A stretch of DNA of 64,000 nt, from positions 49,724,001-49,788,000 of the forward strand of contig OZ024743.1 of NCBI GenBank assembly GCA_964016885.1, given 5' to 3'. Below are positions 1 through 14,188 of the stretch, piece after piece (within the stretch, counting starts at the first letter, position 1; each line of letters begins with the position of its first letter). The notes under the pieces were generated by a model. It searched no databases. It saw only the letters and a program-made list of their open reading frames with translations, and was not told the DNA's origin. A program made the position numbers and the translations under genes. The stretch is from Eledone cirrhosa (lineage: Eukaryota).

Positions 1-124
1 ACCTCATTGTCTTACGCTGCTTTCATTTCTATTGAAGTTATCAATAATTACAGATAAGACATTGTTACGACCAAATGGAATCCAATATATTTGAATGTCA
101 TTTACTGTAACACACACTGCCACC

Positions 125-1268
<1,144 letters not shown>

Positions 1269-1384
1269 CCGTAATGAACAACAAAATGGAAGACAAGATT
1301 ATTTGGAAAGCAAAAGAGTTTTGTTGAATAAATCATCTGAATATGTCAGCGAGATAGATGTCTTGAGTGAGATGTCTTGAGTGA

Positions 1385-1700
1385 GAGAAAGGGAGGAGGT
1401 GAGGACATAGAGAGGGGGAGGAGGACAGAGAGAAAGGGGAGTGAGGAGGTCAGAGAGAGGGGAAGTGAAGAGGACTGAGAGAGGGGGAGTGAGGAGGTCA
1501 GATAGAGGGGGGAATGAGGAGGTCAGAGAGAGGGGGAGTGAGGAGGTCAGATAAAGGGGGGAGTGAGGAGGTCAGAGAGTGAGGGAGGAGAGGGAGGGAG
1601 GAGAGGAGGAAAGAGAGAGGGATGTGTGAGGAGGACAGAGAGGGTGGTCAGAGAGGAGAGGAGGCAAGAGAGTGATAGACAGTGAGAGGAAGAAAGGGAG
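1385..1700. repeat. Purine-rich degenerate tandem repeat of about 23 bp (GAGAGGGGGAGTGAGGAGGTCA-like)
   Basis: GTGAGGAGGTCAGA recurs about every 23-24 bp. Confidence 0.8.
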
Positions 1701-1792
1701 ATAATATGAACGGAGAGAGCGGTATGTAGTGAGGTGTGGGGGAGTCATCCGAATACATCAGCGAAATATATTTCACTGATTCATATATAGGA

Positions 1793-1927
<135 letters not shown>

Positions 1928-2114
1928 AGATGGTGATGGGGAAGTGAAAAAGAACATTTTGAAATACAGAGACTGAGCGGTCAGATTTTGCAATATTGAT
2001 TGATGTTAGTCAAAGATCAGTGGTTTGATATAATTACACAGTCCCTGTCCTATGTTGCTTTTATAGAAAGTATTAATATATCTTTCAATTATGGAGATAG
2101 AATTCCGCATCTCT

Positions 2115-2740
2115 TGTTCTATTTTACTTAGAATCCCATAGCCCCTGTTCTATTTTACTTACAATTCCATAGCCCCAAACCTATTACTTAGAATCCCATA
2201 GCCCCTGTTCTATTTTACTTACAATTCCATAGCCCCTGTCATATTACTTAGAATTACATAGCCCCTGTCCTATTTTACTTAGAATTCCATAGCCGCTGTC
2301 CTATTTTACTTAGAATTCCATAGTCCCTGTCCTATTTTACTTAGAATTCCATAGCCGCTGTCCTATTTTACTTACAATTCCATAACCCCTGTCCTATTTT
2401 ACTTAGAATTCCATAGCCGCTGTCCTATTTTACTTAGAATTCCATAACCCCTGTCCTATTTTATTTAGAATTCCATAGCCGCTGTCCTATTTTACTTAGA
2501 ATTCCATAGCCGCTGTCCTATTTTACTTAGAATTCCATAGCCGCTGTCCTATTTTACTTAGAATTCCATAACCCTGTCCTATTTTACTTAGAATTCCATA
2601 GCCGCTGTCCTATTTTACTTAGAATTCCATAGCCGCTGTCCTATTTTACTTAGAATTCCATAACCCCTGTCCTATTTTACTTAGAATTCCATAGCCGCTG
2701 TCCTATTTTACTTAGAATTCCATAACCCCTGTCTTATTTT
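2115..2740. repeat. 31-bp minisatellite (CCTATTTTACTTAGAATTCCATAGCCGCTGT), about 20 units
   Basis: AGAATTCC at 2281, 2312 and onward gives a 31-bp period. Confidence 0.95.
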
Positions 2741-2894
2741 GCTTCAATATAAAGTATTAATATACCTTTAAACTATGGAGATAGAATTCCATAACTGTTG
2801 CCCTATTTTATATCAATAAAACACATTTAATATATTTTTAAATTGTGGAGAGAAAGAGACGAGAAAATAGCGACTGGACGTTATTAGTTTGGAA

Positions 2895-3310
2895 AGGATG
2901 GGTAGGGTGTGAGGATGGGTAGGGTGTGAGGATGGGTAGGGTGTGAGGATGGGTAGGGTGTGAGAATGGGTAGGGTGTGAGAATGGGTAGGGTGTGAGGA
3001 TGGGTAGGGTGTGAGGATGGGTAGGGTGTGAGGATGGGTAGGGTGTGAGGATGGGTAGGGTGCGAGGATGTGTAGGGTGTGAGGATGGGTAGGGTGTGAG
3101 GATGGGTAGTGTTGAAGGATGGGTAGGGTGTGAGGATGGGTAGGGTGTGAGAATGGGTAGGGTGTGAGGATGGGTAGGGTGTGAGGATGGGTAGGGTGTG
3201 AGGATGGGAAGGGTTGGAGGATGGGTAGGGTGTGAGGATGGGTAGGGTGTGAGAATAGGTAGGGTATGAGGATGGGTAGGGTTGGAGGATGGGTAGGCTG
3301 CGAGGATGGG
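2895..3310. repeat. 17-bp G-rich minisatellite (GGATGGGTAGGGTGTGA), about 24 units
   Basis: GGATG at 2896, 2913 and onward gives a 17-bp period. Confidence 0.95.
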
Positions 3311-4092
3311 GTGAAATATTGCCAATAATTCCATCTAAATTGAAAAGAACGACGATAGCAAAATATAAAAAGGAAAAACATTAAAAACACAAATAATATT
3401 GGGAATGAGAATTTATTTATTTGGTTGTTTAGAATATTTCGTTTGAATTTCTAATAGGATTATGGTGACGGAGGAAAAGGGAGGTATTTGATAGGGGTGA
3501 GGAAATAGGGGAGAAATATTGGAGAATATTAAGGGAAGAGAAGTTATAAATTACATCAAACGTTTTAGTGTTTTAGGAGACAAATGCTGTGAGCAGATTA
3601 ATCTAGAGAAATCTGGAATGATCTGGAATGATCTGGTCGACAAGTTATGATGAAAGATTCTAAACGATTGAAAAGAAATATAGAAATATATATTGCTGGT
3701 GGTTCATTTTAATATAGAGCTTTCTATTTATTATGTGTGTGGTTTGTGCGAGCTTTTGTGTGTGTATACGCATTATACATACATATATACATCCATCCAT
3801 CCATCCATCCATCCATCCATCCATCCATCCATCCATACATACATACATACATACATACATAAATACATAATACATACATACATACATACATACATATCTA
3901 CACATGCTTGCATGCAGATATGCATACATATCTTCATACATACATACCTACATACATATCTACCTAGTTGATGTTGTGTAGATTCCAATGAGAGAGTCTT
4001 GTGTCTATGTTAGAAACCGAAACTGGCAAAAATTTGTGAAATTATAAAATCCGAAGAACATACATACATACATAATACATACATACATACAG

Positions 4093-4172
<80 letters not shown>

Positions 4173-4420
4173 CGTTTCTGAATTTGTTTAGCAAGATTCT
4201 TTATCTTATTGGCAACATGACCCTCCCAAAGTATATATATATATATAGTTATGTAATAAACAACATAAGCTCTGTAACCTACATAGAGCACTCTTTTTTC
4301 CTGGACCTTTCCGACGGAATTACTTCATTTATATATATATATATACATATATATATACATATATTTATATATATATATATGTACATACATATATACATAC
4401 ATATATACATACATACATAC

Positions 4421-5012
4421 ATGGTGGCTGCCAACTCGTTTTCGAGTACGGCCACTACTTTATATCCATGTAGGAGAACCTCTATCGATGCGCTGAACAA
4501 GTGTGACTTTTTAGTCCAGCCAGCGACTTGGAAACACTATACTTGTGACAATTATTGACACATAGTGCTGGGCCCATGGTACTGACAAGTGAAGAGAGAT
4601 CTCCAGATATAAAGCAATGCCTGTGCCGTGAAACTTTTATAGTGAGCAAAGGCACCGCACAAAGCCAGTCCCACTCTCTTAACCAAGATGATATTTACCA
4701 AAAAGAAGAACAAATCAACATCATTGGATACCATCAGGGTTGCAGGTGTTATATCAGAGTTTTCTTCTCCTAGAATTCTGCCTTGACAAAGGCTAAGGGA
4801 TCATCTCTCTCGGTGATTTTGGATGGCCATTGTCTCTTAAGAGCTCCTTTGCCCTTTGACAGGTTTTATTTTTAGTCCTGCAGGATGTCCAAAGTCACCC
4901 TCCTCACCAAGAAACCTTGATGGGGTTGCCAGTTTAGTCGCCAACGACCCGACCATGGGGCAGGTTGTACTGGGATACATGTTACCAGTAGCACCAACTG
5001 GTGACCTGACAT
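4421..5012 (-). mobile_element. About 600-bp non-autonomous RTE-like LINE derivative, copy 1
   Basis: Near-identical reverse complement of 13136-13738. Flanked by (CATA)n, with a 3' hairpin CTCG-AAAA-CGAG. Confidence 0.7.
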
Positions 5013-5077
5013 AACATACATACATACATACATACATATATACATACATACATATATACATACATACATGCATACAT

Positions 5078-5112
<35 letters not shown>

Positions 5113-5121
5113 AACACACAA

Positions 5122-5255
<134 letters not shown>

Positions 5256-5400
5256 GTATCTGATGGTAGTTAAGATGCTTCCATAGGCGGTATGCCGGTT
5301 GAGCACTCTATGGTCTTACAGAGCAGAGTATGATATAATAGAAAACGAAAAATCAGTGATGCATCTGAAATCAATTTATTGTGTGTTACAATTGTTTCGC

Positions 5401-5900
5401 CGTATGTTTAATTAAAAAACATTTAGAAGACCATACGCTAGCAGTTTTAAAATAGTGACTATGTCACTTATTTCTTTTCGGCGAAAGAAGGGAGAGAAGC
5501 TGACAGTCTGTTTCACGCTGGCTGGCGTTCATCAGAGCCGCGATGGTCTTCTAAAAGTTTTTTAATTAAAGATACGGTATATTATGTATACATCGCTATT
5601 TCAGAGCACCAATCCTAATACCTAATTTTTGCTGGACCAGCAATCGCTTTGTATAAACAGCTCCTGATTATTACTGGAATTCTATAAGAATCCAGCTTCT
5701 ATAATTGTTTGCGAAAGCAGGAGAGTACGTGGTTCTGATGAACGCCAACCAGCGTGAAACAGACTGTCAGCTTCTCTCCCTTCTTTCGCCGAAAACAAGT
5801 AAGTGACATAGTCACTACTTTAAAACTGATAGCGTATGGTCTTCTAAATGTTTTTAATTAAACATACGGTATATTGCCAAATATACTATACATACATTCA
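5401..5900. mobile_element. Hammerhead-containing retrozyme-like element, head-to-head inverted arrangement
   Basis: 5401-5540 is the reverse complement of part of 5543-5900, and each arm carries a hammerhead. Homologous to 24197-24738 and, more distantly, to the 310-bp unit at 46-48 kb. Confidence 0.8.
5721..5779 (+). ncRNA. Type I hammerhead ribozyme (second copy on the minus strand at about 5492-5540)
   Basis: GGUU-CUGAUGA-ACGC(CAACCA)GCGU-GAAA-CAG(A)CUG-UC|AGCU: canonical core, stems I-III and a GUC cleavage triplet. Confidence 0.85.
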
Positions 5901-6000
5901 TCACACAAGAATATTTTAGAAGACGCAAAGTCATCCCGGGATTGCAGCTTAATACTAGAAACATGACAACAACAATGAACTTCAGAACTGGGTCTATAAT

Positions 6001-6209
6001 GATTTCTAGTATAGGCACAAGGCCAATAATTTGGGGGGAGGTCGATTAAATCGACCCCAGTTCGTTACTGGTACTTTATTTCATCGACCCCGTAAGGATG
6101 AAAGGCAAAGTTAACCTCGGCGAGATTTGAACTCAGACGGTAAACGACCGTAACTCTATGCTGCACAGCATGATGTCAGACTCTCTACCGATACTGCCAA
6201 TCAACCGCC
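6001..6209 (-). mobile_element. tRNA-derived SINE, family A (MetaSINE-like core)
   Basis: A box TGGCAGTATCGG, B box GAGTTCAAATC and central TTTCATCCTTACGGGGTCGAT..AAGTACCAG. TSD ACTRGGTCTATAAT at 5987-6000 and 6212-6225. Confidence 0.9.
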
Positions 6210-6614
6210 TTACTAGGTCTATAATAAAATAAGGAAACATTGATTGAACTGTTGATTGAACTGAAGAATATAGATATGAAGATAGGAAAGATGTTGAATA
6301 TATATGGAGGTTTGTACCTTCAGGCTGATGGTGATTGACTATACGAGAGAAGAGAAGGCGGGAAAGGATTTATCAACTGTTAGGAGAGAATTTCATTTGA
6401 GAAAGAAAGCTTTAGTGAGTGCCTAGAAAAGTTGTTAACTGAAGTTGTGAAGGGTTCTACGATAGAAGAGGTGATTCAAAGAAAAAGAAAGTCGAAATAG
6501 CCACAGAAGAGAAGGCCAGATTGGAAGCCAAATCATTGTACCCAGCCTATGAAAAGAACACAAGAAATGTCAGAAATAATAAAGACACGTCGACATAGTT
6601 ACAGAAAAGATATC

Positions 6615-6790
6615 GATGGCCCTAGGCACTGAGCTGGCCAGCCGCAGGTGTGAGCCTCGCGAGTTGGAATAGCTCTTCCAGCGCATCTCCCTTACCATCC
6701 TCCGGGGAAACGCCTTCTCCATCCTGTCTGCCGGGGTTGTGGGGAGGCCAGCACGTGGGACCCCATTTGCTCACCATACGGATTAATAAG
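6615..6790 (+). mobile_element. 3' fragment of a CRE-like non-LTR element nested in the R4-like LINE
   Basis: GC-rich island translating EPRELE*LFQRISLTILRGNAFSIL, similar to the C-terminus at 62545-62650. Confidence 0.6.
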
Positions 6791-7031
6791 CAAAGTTATA
6801 AACTATTGTAAATAAATAATTATTGAGGGTTCGATTATGGCATGATCAGGCGATAAGAAGAAATTGGATGAAATGTAGATGAGAGGGTCACATGACTTCA
6901 CTGTAGAATATGTGTGAAGCTGAAGCGATATTGTCTCAAAATACTCACAACTGGCTCAAAATACTCACAACTGGCTCAAAAGGAATATAAAACTTGGAGA
7001 CATGATAAAGTGGCAGCATTAATACATATAC

Positions 7032-7221
7032 GGCGGTGGATTGGCAGTATCGGTAGAGGGCTGGACGCCATGCTTTGCAGCAAAGAGTTACAGCCCTTTA
7101 TGGTCTGAGTTCAAATCCCGCCAAGGTTAACTTTGCCATTCATCCTTACGAGATCGATAAAATAAAGTACCAGTAATTATACTAGGTAATTGCTGCCCTT
7201 GTGCCAAAAGTAGAAACAATT
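7032..7221 (+). mobile_element. SINE family A, full length, inserted in the LINE endonuclease region
   Basis: Starts GGCGGTGGATTGGCAG and ends GTAGAAACAATT. TSD ATTAATACATATACG on both sides. Confidence 0.92.
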
Positions 7222-7793
7222 AATACATATACGACTATGTAAAGAGTTTGTAGTGAAAATGTTATGACCATTTAGTGACAAAAAAGATGAATATGTTGGA
7301 AAATGAAGTCAAAATTCTATGGGATATTACAATAGAAACGGAAAGAACGATTGATGACAACAAACCAGATATAGTGGTAATAATCAGGAAAGGAAAGAAA
7401 TGCTATATTGTAGACGTAGGCTGTTCTTTTGACACGAGGATAAAAGAGAAGAAAAACTATTACAATGATCTCAAATATGAAATTTTGAAAGTATGGAAGG
7501 GTGAAGTAAATAAGGTAATACTGATACTTATGGTAACACAAGGATGTATAACAGATAATCTTTGTAAATAATTGTAACAAATTGAATTTGATCTTGGCAT
7601 AGAACCTGTGCTAAACGTAGGCCTCCTTGGCACTACCAAGATAATCAGAAAAGTGATGGCTACCTCCTAGAAAACCAGAAAGCAATTTTTATTATCTTAA
7701 GCTCTGATAAGATAATTTTATTATCTGGAGCCTGATGGTAAGAAGAACAATATCGGTAGTTAATATCAACACTGTGAAAATAGTAATAACAAT

Positions 7794-7983
7794 AATTGTT
7801 TCTACTTTTGGCACAAGGCCAGCAATTACCCAGTACATTACTGGTACTTTATTTTATCGACCCCGTAAGGATGAAAGGCAAAGTTAACCTCGGCGGGATT
7901 TGAACTCAGAATGGCAAGGGCCGTAACTCTATGCGTCAAAGCATGGCGTCCGACCCTCTACCGACGCTGCCAATCCACCGCCC
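7794..7983 (-). mobile_element. SINE family A, full length
   Basis: Same consensus. TSD TAGTAATAACAATAAT. Confidence 0.92.
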
Positions 7984-8018
7984 TTTAGTAATAACAATAA
8001 TAATAGTAATGGTGGTGG

Positions 8019-8089
<71 letters not shown>

Positions 8090-9124
8090 TCACTAATACT
8101 GATGTCGATGATGATGATGATATCGATGAAACTTCCCTATTGCCCAATATACTCCCAATAGTTACTGTAACAGTAGTATAGTCAGTACAATAATTTCAAC
8201 AAAGAAACAACACAATCACTTCTAATTGTGATGACATTTCAGTAACATTCGCTATCCTTTCAGTAACAACACAACCTCCATCGTCTGCTTTGATGACCAA
8301 TGATACAAAGTCAGATATTTATTTTAGAGACGCAAGTAACATTTTACTGTTTGTATGAATCAACGTAGGTTTATCATATTTTTATTAGAAAATATTTAGT
8401 TTTCGTTGTGGCATTGATTGGAACTTTTATTTTGGTATTCTGTTTCTGAGTAGAAAAAAAAAAGGAAAGGAACCGATCGTCAGACTGGACCAAGGAAACA
8501 ATGTTTCCATTGGTCTTTCTATTGCTAATATTATCTATCGATCGTAACTCCTGTCAGAAGGAGTAAGATGAAATACAATATTTTGCTCAAGAACACAACG
8601 TACAACCCCGTCATCATACACAGTCTTATACATAGATGAGAGTCTTATAAGCCACCCACTTCATCCACCTAACATAACTACACCAACCCCAAACCAATCT
8701 ATAATATATATATTATTGTAATCCATACATGTAACATGTATTACACTACCTAAGGTTGAATGCATGAATCAGCACTGTAAGACTTAGGCGAAGAGTAAAT
8801 GTCTGAACGAGATCTCGTTATAGAATCGCGTGTGGTGGAAAGGAGCCGTAATCCGCAAAATCTGTTGATCCGTTTCCTAAAGGAGACGGGTCTTGTTTAA
8901 ATGAGGATTATTGTGATGTGTGTATATTTCTGTGTTTGTGTATTCGGTTTGTTGTTTTGAGTCGATTCATAGTGTGGTCTAGGCTATGGAAGAGAGTTGC
9001 AAGCATAAGAGATTGACATGTAGAAAAGAGTGACATACATAAAAGTGTTAATGTGTTAGAATTATGGCGGATGTAGTACATTTGTTGACTGGGTGTTTGG
9101 TTGGTGGCCTTTCTCTGATGACAG

Positions 9125-9545
9125 CAGGTATCTCTTCAGTTGTAAGCAATCCTTAAACATCTCGTTTTTAGAGTTCAGCTATTTTTTTTATGAGCTCAAA
9201 TACTGTAAAATCTAAATTTTTAACGGAGGCAGGGAAAATATTTCTGTCTCATTGATGTATGATCTGGACTGTTCTAGGATTCTCTATTTTATCTTATGGA
9301 AGACTCCTTTCTCTTTCAACTGCTAGACGCATTTCGTCAGGGCCGTGGTGGTGTTCATTTAGGAAGAGACGTGTAAATTGATTTTGTACCATACTCACAT
9401 ATCTTTCACAGCTCTCTGTATGGTTGGTGGTGAAAGGTATAATCTCTGCTGTATATACAATAGGTTTTATATTAAAACCCCGCTGCATAGGACAGATTCT
9501 ATGTTTACCATCAACTAAAATATTGTTACGTAGACATTTATGACG
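9125..9545 (-). pseudogene. Degraded Penelope-like (Naiad-type) GIY-YIG fragment
   Basis: ICPMQ..IVYTAEI and ILEQSRSY..LNSKNEMFKDC resemble the peptides at 22456-23005. Confidence 0.55.
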
Positions 9546-9817
9546 AAGCTTGCGAATAGGAGACTAACGCCGCTGTTAAAACCACCGAAAAGAACACGTG
9601 ACATCAATCATGTTTAGCAGAAGTGGTGTCAATAAAATTTATTAACACTACTTCTGGTGATTTATGTTGTTTAGCTGTCTGTATATGTTTCCGTCAGTAG
9701 AGATGGAAGGTCAGACCTATTAGAGTCTATACGATTCCTTCTGTTGATCTTTGCTTTTGATGTAGCGAGTATTTTAGTGCAGCTAACCGTTACTGTGTTA
9801 TTATTAGCGATGTTCAG

Positions 9818-10005
9818 GCGGTGCATTAGCAGTATCGGTAGAGGGTCGGACGCCATGCTTTAACGCATAGAGTTACGGCCCTTTCCAATCTGAGTTCAAA
9901 TTCCGCCAAGGTTAACTTTTCCTTTCATTCTTACGGGGTCGATAAAATAAAGTACCAGTAATACACTGGGTAATGGCTGGCCTTGTGCCAAAAAGTAGAA
10001 ACAAT
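9818..10005 (+). mobile_element. SINE family A, full length
   Basis: Same consensus. TSD ATTATTAGCGATGTTC. Confidence 0.92.
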
Positions 10006-10213
10006 TATTAGCGATGTTCTTTGAGTGTCGAGTGTAAGACAGCCTGCAGTATCTCGGTTCTTTGCGTTCCGGGTTCTCCTCCGACGATACTTGTGGGGAG
10101 ACTGGTGAGTTCCATACAAGGGCGACTAGTTGTCTTCCACAAAATATCTTGCCCAGATTCATGCCACAGAGAAGAACTTTCCAGATGTAGCTACTTTACA
10201 TGTGGAAATGCTG

Positions 10214-10262
<49 letters not shown>

Positions 10263-10487
10263 TTTACATATATATATATATATGTAAACTTTTATATGTA
10301 ATAATCTCCCATTAGGTTGAGATACAAATTTGGCTGTATTGTGCTGTGCTTTCTCGCAAAAAAGCTACCAGCCGTAAGCAACTACCACACCCCTTCCAAC
10401 CTGACCGCGACTACGTCACGATTCTTAGCCATTTTGAATGAATTCTTGGCGCGATCACTTTGGAAAATTTAGTGTCTAGATCAGAGC

Positions 10488-10580
10488 AAATCTCCTGATG
10501 AATCCGATGCTCGAGTTATATAATTATTACATAATAATTGGAAATCTCAAAATGCGGACGAAACCATGGTAGAGGTATTT
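10488..10580 (+). ncRNA. Type I hammerhead ribozyme with a long stem II insertion
   Basis: AAAUCUC-CUGAUGA-AUCCG(about 48 nt)CGGAC-GAAA-CCAUGG-UA|GAGGUAUUU, with a palindromic stem III. Confidence 0.7.
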
Positions 10581-10842
10581 AAATGTATTCTATTTTCTCC
10601 TAGTTTATTTTACACCTAATTCTGTTTAATTGACTGTATCTGGGCGTTTACGCTGTCGAAATATTCGATAAATATTCCGTTGCGGCCGACGCGAAGGGCT
10701 AGTTTCGGTTATTTGTTGGAGATTTCTTCATAGAAGCCTCATTCTTATAGCTTGGTCTATTCGATTTTTTATATAGTTAATTATGCTAATTGGGAGAGGA
10801 AATGGTATATATTTTATCTTATGATTCTATAGACATGTTTTA

Positions 10843-10890
<48 letters not shown>

Positions 10891-10894
<4 letters not shown>

Positions 10895-10968
10895 AAAAAG
10901 TCGGAACCCCGACGGCAGAGCTCAAGCCGTTTCGGCAGCTATTTCTGTTCCTTACCACACTTCCTTCG

Positions 10969-10971
<3 letters not shown>
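10891..10971 (+). mobile_element. Internally deleted copy of the (TA)n-embedded hairpin element
   Basis: Left arm CCCCGACGGCAGAGCTCAAGCCGTTTCG fused to the terminal TTCCTTACCACACTTCCTTCGTTA, with (TA)n on both sides. Confidence 0.75.
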
Positions 10972-11050
<79 letters not shown>

Positions 11051-11069
11051 GTGTTCTTTCTGTTTCTGT

Positions 11070-12905
11070 GAAGCCTAGCTTCTCAAGGCCATTGATAAAA
11101 ATGTTGCTAGATTGGGTTGTAGTTTTTCCCCGCTTTACAGTCATATATGAATTTTTATCCTGGTCAAACTCCATTCCTATATCCTCTGAGAATGTTGTAC
11201 CCAGGTCAGAATTTTTCTTCATCCCATCTATGTTCTTGGCATAGAGTTTCAGATCGTCCACAAAGAAATTATGGGTTAAGTTTGTATTTCTGTCCTCCTG
11301 TGAGCCAATGATGTATCTTTCACAAATTCTTAAGCAGAAAAGACAAGGGGTTTAATGACAGGATAAATAATATCACAGAGAGACTGTCTCCTTGAAATAT
11401 ACTCCTGTGATATTCTATTTTATCTGTGAAAATAGAATCCTCCTTCTCTGTCTTTAACTTTAGGATAGTAACCCAAGAAGAAGACAGCTTCTCTATGGCT
11501 CTGATAATAATGTCTGGGACTTTAGCGAGTCGGAGTGGGGAACAGAATCAAAAGCTTTCCTGTAGTCCAGCCGGACTGTAGCCATATTCCTCCTAAGTTG
11601 TCGCACCTCCGACATCGCAGTTTTGTTGATTAGGAATTGTTCAGCACACCCCCAAACACCTTTCTTTCCAGCTGCTTGTTCATCTGTGATCATGTTATTA
11701 TTTTCACATTGATCTTGGAGGAATAGGTTCAGGCAGGCTGTATACATCTTATATGTATGTTTCTCTTTCTCTTAATTTCGAGTACATATTTGACCGGCCA
11801 CTTTCCTGCTGGCAAGGTTGTAAAAGAAAAGAAATTGTCATCCCTTGAATCGCAAGAATGTTTTGCAAATTTTGAAGGTGCCAGGTATCGCAGCTATTTG
11901 TAGGCTATGAATTAGGGACCTGCATACTTTGGTCCAAGCGGGTTGTAATATAACCTGTAGCTCCAATAATGGTGGGTATAAAGCTGAAGGTGTATCTTAG
12001 ATACTGGATCTGCAAACTCCTCATCAATGGTCCGTAGATGTCCTCCTTCTCCTGTATTTTTCTGACAACGTTTACATCAAGTGGGCAGCTGATCTCCACA
12101 ACAGAACACGTTTTCAATGTGTGGTCCCAAACAACAATATCAGGCCAGTTGTGCTTTAATTTGGTGGCAGTTTTTATTTTCAGGTTCCACCAGTATTCCT
12201 TAGTGCCATCTGTCTCAATATATTCTTCCTCGTTTGTTTTTAATCTTGTTTTCCTAAGTGCGTTCCAGATGGTTCTAGCTATCCCATCGTGTCTCATGGG
12301 GAGGTAGTAGCGAGATGACATTCTTTCGCAGCTGGCAACAGTGACGCTAACATCTTCGATCTTTGTTTTACATAGCCTGCATTTATTGTCAGCTGATGGC
12401 CCTCCTCTTTTGTGCAGCAGATATTTGGTAGGGAGTTCTTGTTCCTGTATTGCATAGAGATATCCCTCAAGGTGTAATGTCATAAACTTGTCGGAACTCC
12501 ATGCCAGGCTTTTTGAGTGATTTATCCCCTCTATGGTCTGTGTTTTACGTCTCAAGTATCCATGCACAACTTTCTCTGTAAATTGGTCCATTTCTTTATC
12601 TTGTTTGAACATTGAATAGGATCTTCTGATTTCTCTGGGTGAGAGATTTATATCGGGCTTTATTCCATATCTCTCCTCCAGATCAGTCGCTATTCTAATG
12701 ATATTTTTTTTTCATGCTCATAAACCTGGGCAAGATGGTTGCCAACCTTTTTCCTCTGTTAAAGGTGTTGCTTCAGTGTTACTATCCGGGTCTCATATGT
12801 TGTTAATATTGATTTTAGACCCGGCCACCTTCCTTGTGTGAGAAGTATAGCCTATCCACATCACCATTGATGTTAAAGTTCCCAGTAACACTGAGAAGTT
12901 TGCGA
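11070..12905 (-). pseudogene. R4/Dong-like non-LTR retrotransposon fragments (RT and restriction-like endonuclease)
   Basis: RT motifs LDYRKAFDSVPH, GIFQGDSLS and FFVDDLKLY (11070-11757). CCHC knuckle, RHD and PDIVV..VEISCP (11905-12612). Confidence 0.9.
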
Positions 12906-13014
12906 GTTAATGTATGTATGTATGTATGTATGTATGTATGTATGTATGTATGTATGTATGTATGTATGTATGTATGTATGTATGTATGTATGTATGTATG
13001 TATGCATGCATGTA

Positions 13015-13049
<35 letters not shown>

Positions 13050-13135
13050 GAATGTATGTATATATGAATGTATGTATATATGCATGTATGTATATATATG
13101 TATGTATGTATATATGTATATATGTATGTATATAT

Positions 13136-13738
13136 GTCAGGTCACCAGTTGGTGCTGCTGGTAACATGTATCCCAGTACAACCTGTCCTATGGTCGGGTC
13201 GTTGGCGACTAAACTGGCAACTCCACCAAGGTTTCTTGGTGAGGAGGGTGACTTTGGACATCCTGCAGGACTAAAAACAAAACCTGTCAAAGGGCAAAGG
13301 AGCTCTTAAGAGTCAATGGCCATCCAAAATCACCGGGAAAGATGACCCCTTAGCCTTTGTCAAGGCAGAATTCTAGGAGAAGGAAAACTCTGATATAACA
13401 CCTGCAACCCTGATGGTATCCAATGATGTTGACTTGTTCTTCTTTTTGGTAAATATCATCTTGTTTAAGAGAGTGGGACTGGCTTTGTGCAGTGCCTTTG
13501 CTCACTATAAAAGCTTCACGGCACAGGCATTGCTTTATATCTGGAGATCTCTCCTCACTTGTCAGTACCATGGGCCCAGCACTATGTGTCAATAATTGTC
13601 ACAAGTGTAGTGTTTGTACCAGAGTTTTCAAGTCGCTGGCTGGACTAAAAAGTCACACTCGTTCAGCGCATCGGTAGAGGTTCTCCTACATGGATATAAA
13701 GTAGTGGCCGTACTCGAAAACGAGTTGGTAGCCACTAT
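13136..13738 (+). mobile_element. About 600-bp non-autonomous RTE-like LINE derivative, copy 2
   Basis: Inverted near-identical copy of 4421-5012. The 3' part encodes a C2H2 finger ([22 protein letters not shown]), and (TATG)n lies on both sides. Confidence 0.7.
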
Positions 13739-14126
13739 GTATATATGTATCTATATATGTATGTATGTATATATGTATGTATGTATATATGTATGTATGT
13801 ATATATGTATATATGTATGTATATATGTATGTATGTATGTATGGACTTACCTATCTAACACAGCTGTTAGTCTAGCAGCTGACCAGACATCACCTCAAGC
13901 ACTATTTTTCTTAGTTGTTCTAAAATCCTGAAGACAACAAACAGCACCAGACATCGTCTGATGTAACATGTTACACTTACCTCATACTCACCTTCTATAA
14001 CTCCACCTATCACTAGACAGATTAATTATTCTTATGAAGAGTGTAATATTGTGCGTCTGCGTCTCTGTGTTTATTGTCATACACACACACACACACCCAC
14101 ACCCACACCCACACACATACACACAT

Positions 14127-14181
<55 letters not shown>

Positions 14182-14188
14182 TATATAT

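Larger units (their letters stand above)
6240..7670 (+). pseudogene. Degraded R4/Dong-like non-LTR retrotransposon 3' part (restriction-like endonuclease)
   Basis: Translated motifs REGGKG, LAQKEYKTWRHDKVA and ILWDITIET..KPDIVV..IVDVGC (RHD and PD-D/E motifs). Contains stops and two nested insertions. Confidence 0.8.

Noticed and set aside
9300-9345. CUGACGA..GAAA on the minus strand
   Set aside because: There is no stem III or NUH triplet, and it lies in degraded coding sequence.
13136-13230. HDV-like or twister ribozyme at the 5' end of the RTE derivative
   Set aside because: Some pairings exist (GTCACCA/TGGCGAC, CCAGTT/AACTGG), but I could not assemble the required pseudoknot topology.
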